Source: an uncultured delta proteobacterium
Lineage (GTDB): Bacteria; Bdellovibrionota; FAC87; UBA2466
NCBI GenBank assembly: GCA_963778115.1
Contig: CAVZSV010000005.1
Location: 96,001-160,000 of the forward strand
Direction: 5' to 3'
DNA length: 64,000 bases
Shown: piece by piece, positions 62,084 through 64,000 of the stretch
How positions within the stretch are numbered: position 1 is the first letter of the stretch
Layout of the letters: the number at the start of each line of letters is the position of its first letter
Notes under the pieces: generated by a model
What the model saw: the letters and a program-made list of their open reading frames with translations, nothing else
Databases searched by the model: none
Told to the model about the DNA's origin: nothing
Position numbers and translations under genes: made by a program

Positions 62084-63601
62084 ATGATCGAAGTTAAAAC
62101 GAAATCAGACGAACTAAAAAAGGGTGGAGAGGCTAAGTACCACGAGAAAAACACCGAAAGTGGAAAGCTCTTTGCTCGAGAACGAATTGCAGCTCTGTGC
62201 GATAAAGACAGTTTTGTCGAAGACGGACTCTTCGCTAATGCGACGGCGGGGGGACTTCCCTCGGACGGGGTCATCACAGGTACTGGAAGAATCTCAGGCC
62301 GTGCCGTGGCACTGATGGCAAACGATTCGACGGTGAAAGCAGGCTCGTGGGGCGAACGAACGGTGGAAAAGATCCTCCGTATCCAGGAGACGGCAAGTCA
62401 TTTGGAAATCCCGATGTTTTATCTCGTAGACAGCGCGGGAGCCAGGATCACCGATCAAGTGGATATGTTTCCCGGCCGAAGAGGGGCGGGAAAGATCTTC
62501 TATTACCAGTCCAACCTTTCGGGGAGAATTCCCCAGATTTGCCTTCTTTTCGGTCCCTCGGCGGCAGGGGGCGCCTACATCCCGGCCTTTTGTGATGTGG
62601 TCTTTATGGTGGAAGGCAATGCCAGCATGTATTTGGGATCTCCTCGTATGGCCGAAACGGTCATTGGCGAGAAAGTAACCTTAGAGGAGATGGGTGGGGC
62701 TCGAATGCATTGCACTCAAAGCGGCTGCGGTGACTTTCTGATGAAATCAGAAAGCGAAGCTATCGAAGGGGCCAAACGCTACTTGTCGTATTTGCCGCAG
62801 AACTACCGTGGGGAGCCCCTGGCGAAAGCTCCGGCAGCTCCCGAGAGATCCGGGACTGGTTTAAGGGCTTTGATTCCGGAGTCGCCCGCGCGTGCTTACG
62901 ATATGTTGCAAGTCATTAAGACTATCGTGGACGCGGGAAGTTTTTTTGAGATTAAAGAGAATTACGCCAAAGAGATCCTGACGGGCTTTGCGAGACTAGA
63001 AGGAAAGACGCTAGGTATTTTGGCTAATCAACCCATGCAAAAAGGCGGAGTCCTTTTCGCGGAATCGGCTAATAAGGCGGCCCGCTTTATTCAGATTTGC
63101 GATGCTTTTCATATCCCGCTTCTTTTTGTCGCGGATGTTCCGGGCTTTATGATTGGCTCCAAGGTGGAAAAGGAAGGCATTATTCGCGCGGGGGCTAAGA
63201 TGATTTACGCGTTATCCAATGCCCGGGTTCCCAAGATTTCTCTTATTGTCCGCAAAGCTTTTGGAGCGGGCCTTTATGCGATGGCGGGGCCGGCGTTTGA
63301 ATCGTGTGCGGTACTTGCCCTTCCGACCGCACAAATTGCGGTCATGGGGCCGGAGCCTGCGATCAATGCCGTGTATTACAATAAGATCCAGGCCCTTCCC
63401 GAGGAACAGCGAAAGAAGTTTGTTCAGGATAAGATTGTCGAATACCAAAAAGATGTCGATTTAGAGCGTTTGGCTTCGGAGCTAATTATCGACGATATTG
63501 TGGACTTTCCTGATGTGCGGAAGGTACTAGCGCATCGATTTGCTTTTGCCGCGGAATCGCGTTCGAGTAGTGATAGGGCTCCGGGAATCTTACCGATGTA
63601 A
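62084..63601 (+). CDS. Acyl-CoA carboxylase carboxyltransferase subunit (methylcrotonyl-CoA carboxylase beta-like)
   Basis: TVKAGSWG, DSAGAR, AGGAY, DVPGFM. Confidence 0.93.
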   Translation: MIEVKTKSDELKKGGEAKYHEKNTESGKLFARERIAALCDKDSFVEDGLFANATAGGLPSDGVITGTGRISGRAVALMANDSTVKAGSWGERTVEKILRIQETASHLEIPMFYLVDSAGARITDQVDMFPGRRGAGKIFYYQSNLSGRIPQICLLFGPSAAGGAYIPAFCDVVFMVEGNASMYLGSPRMAETVIGEKVTLEEMGGARMHCTQSGCGDFLMKSESEAIEGAKRYLSYLPQNYRGEPLAKAPAAPERSGTGLRALIPESPARAYDMLQVIKTIVDAGSFFEIKENYAKEILTGFARLEGKTLGILANQPMQKGGVLFAESANKAARFIQICDAFHIPLLFVADVPGFMIGSKVEKEGIIRAGAKMIYALSNARVPKISLIVRKAFGAGLYAMAGPAFESCAVLALPTAQIAVMGPEPAINAVYYNKIQALPEEQRKKFVQDKIVEYQKDVDLERLASELIIDDIVDFPDVRKVLAHRFAFAAESRSSSDRAPGILPM

Positions 63602-63629
63602 ATCACTGTCGATGCAATGACAGACTTTT

Positions 63630-64000
63630 CTAGTGCTTTTTCACCACGAGATTGATGGCATCACGTATATGTGAGGTCGTGGGATCTATTGAGACAGAAA
63701 GCTTTGCGGCTTGAGCCTTAAGTAAGACGTAACGGATAACTTCTAAAGTACGCAGTCCTTGTTCTGTAGGTGAACCCTCTCCCATTCCAACTCCTCTAAT
63801 GTCTCCCTGTTCGGTAGGATAGATATAGACCTTATTTGTGGATGAATCAGTGACCTCGTATCGCTGCGAAAGTAGCGTGACTGATACCTTTGCGGGATCC
63901 GTAATTTCAAAGGGCACCGCTCCGGCGGCCATGACCGTAAAGATTAGTTTTCGGTCAGTGCTAATTTCGATAGGGTAGTGAGCTCCCCGACACCGGTCCA
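63630..64000 (-). CDS. Hypothetical protein, C-terminal part (frame open to the window edge)
   Basis: No stop upstream of 63932 in this frame. Confidence 0.55.
   Translation of the reverse strand, partial: DRCRGAHYPIEISTDRKLIFTVMAAGAVPFEITDPAKVSVTLLSQRYEVTDSSTNKVYIYPTEQGDIRGVGMGEGSPTEQGLRTLEVIRYVLLKAQAAKLSVSIDPTTSHIRDAINLVVKKH

Overview
Bacterial chromosomal window of about 50% GC. Gene content (RomR-like polarity protein, short flagellin, many orphan secreted low-complexity proteins, HNH remnant) suggests Bdellovibrionota or a related former-deltaproteobacterial lineage; this is an inference. The left end (1-4.4 kb) is an accessory region downstream of tRNA-Leu(CAA). It holds orphan genes and an IS50/Tn5-like IS4-family element, frameshifted by an 11-bp duplication and inserted at the apex of a REP-like hairpin. 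Housekeeping genes include rpsT, birA, coaX, prfB (programmed +1 frameshift), surE, an nlpD-like gene, ihfA, rsmI, lptD, pyrD, ligA, ald, cpoB, LysM-dprA-smg-topA and a leucine/acyl-CoA catabolic cluster. There are two divergent complex I peripheral-arm clusters (nuoBCDI plus a rhodanese, and nuoBCDEFGI), neither with membrane-arm genes. The best candidates for something undescribed are: (1) orphan secreted proteins each behind a sigma54 -24/-12 motif, two of which share a hydrophobic hairpin and a C-terminal IFQ motif; (2) the second, N-module-free Q-module operon; (3) a REP-targeting IS; (4) an unannotated 31-aa Lys-rich histone-H1-like microprotein; (5) an ATP-grasp ligase paired with a caspase/CHAT-like protein. 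Indels clustered at 18.5-19.9 kb may be sequencing error. All calls are by-eye motif recognition; no searches were run.
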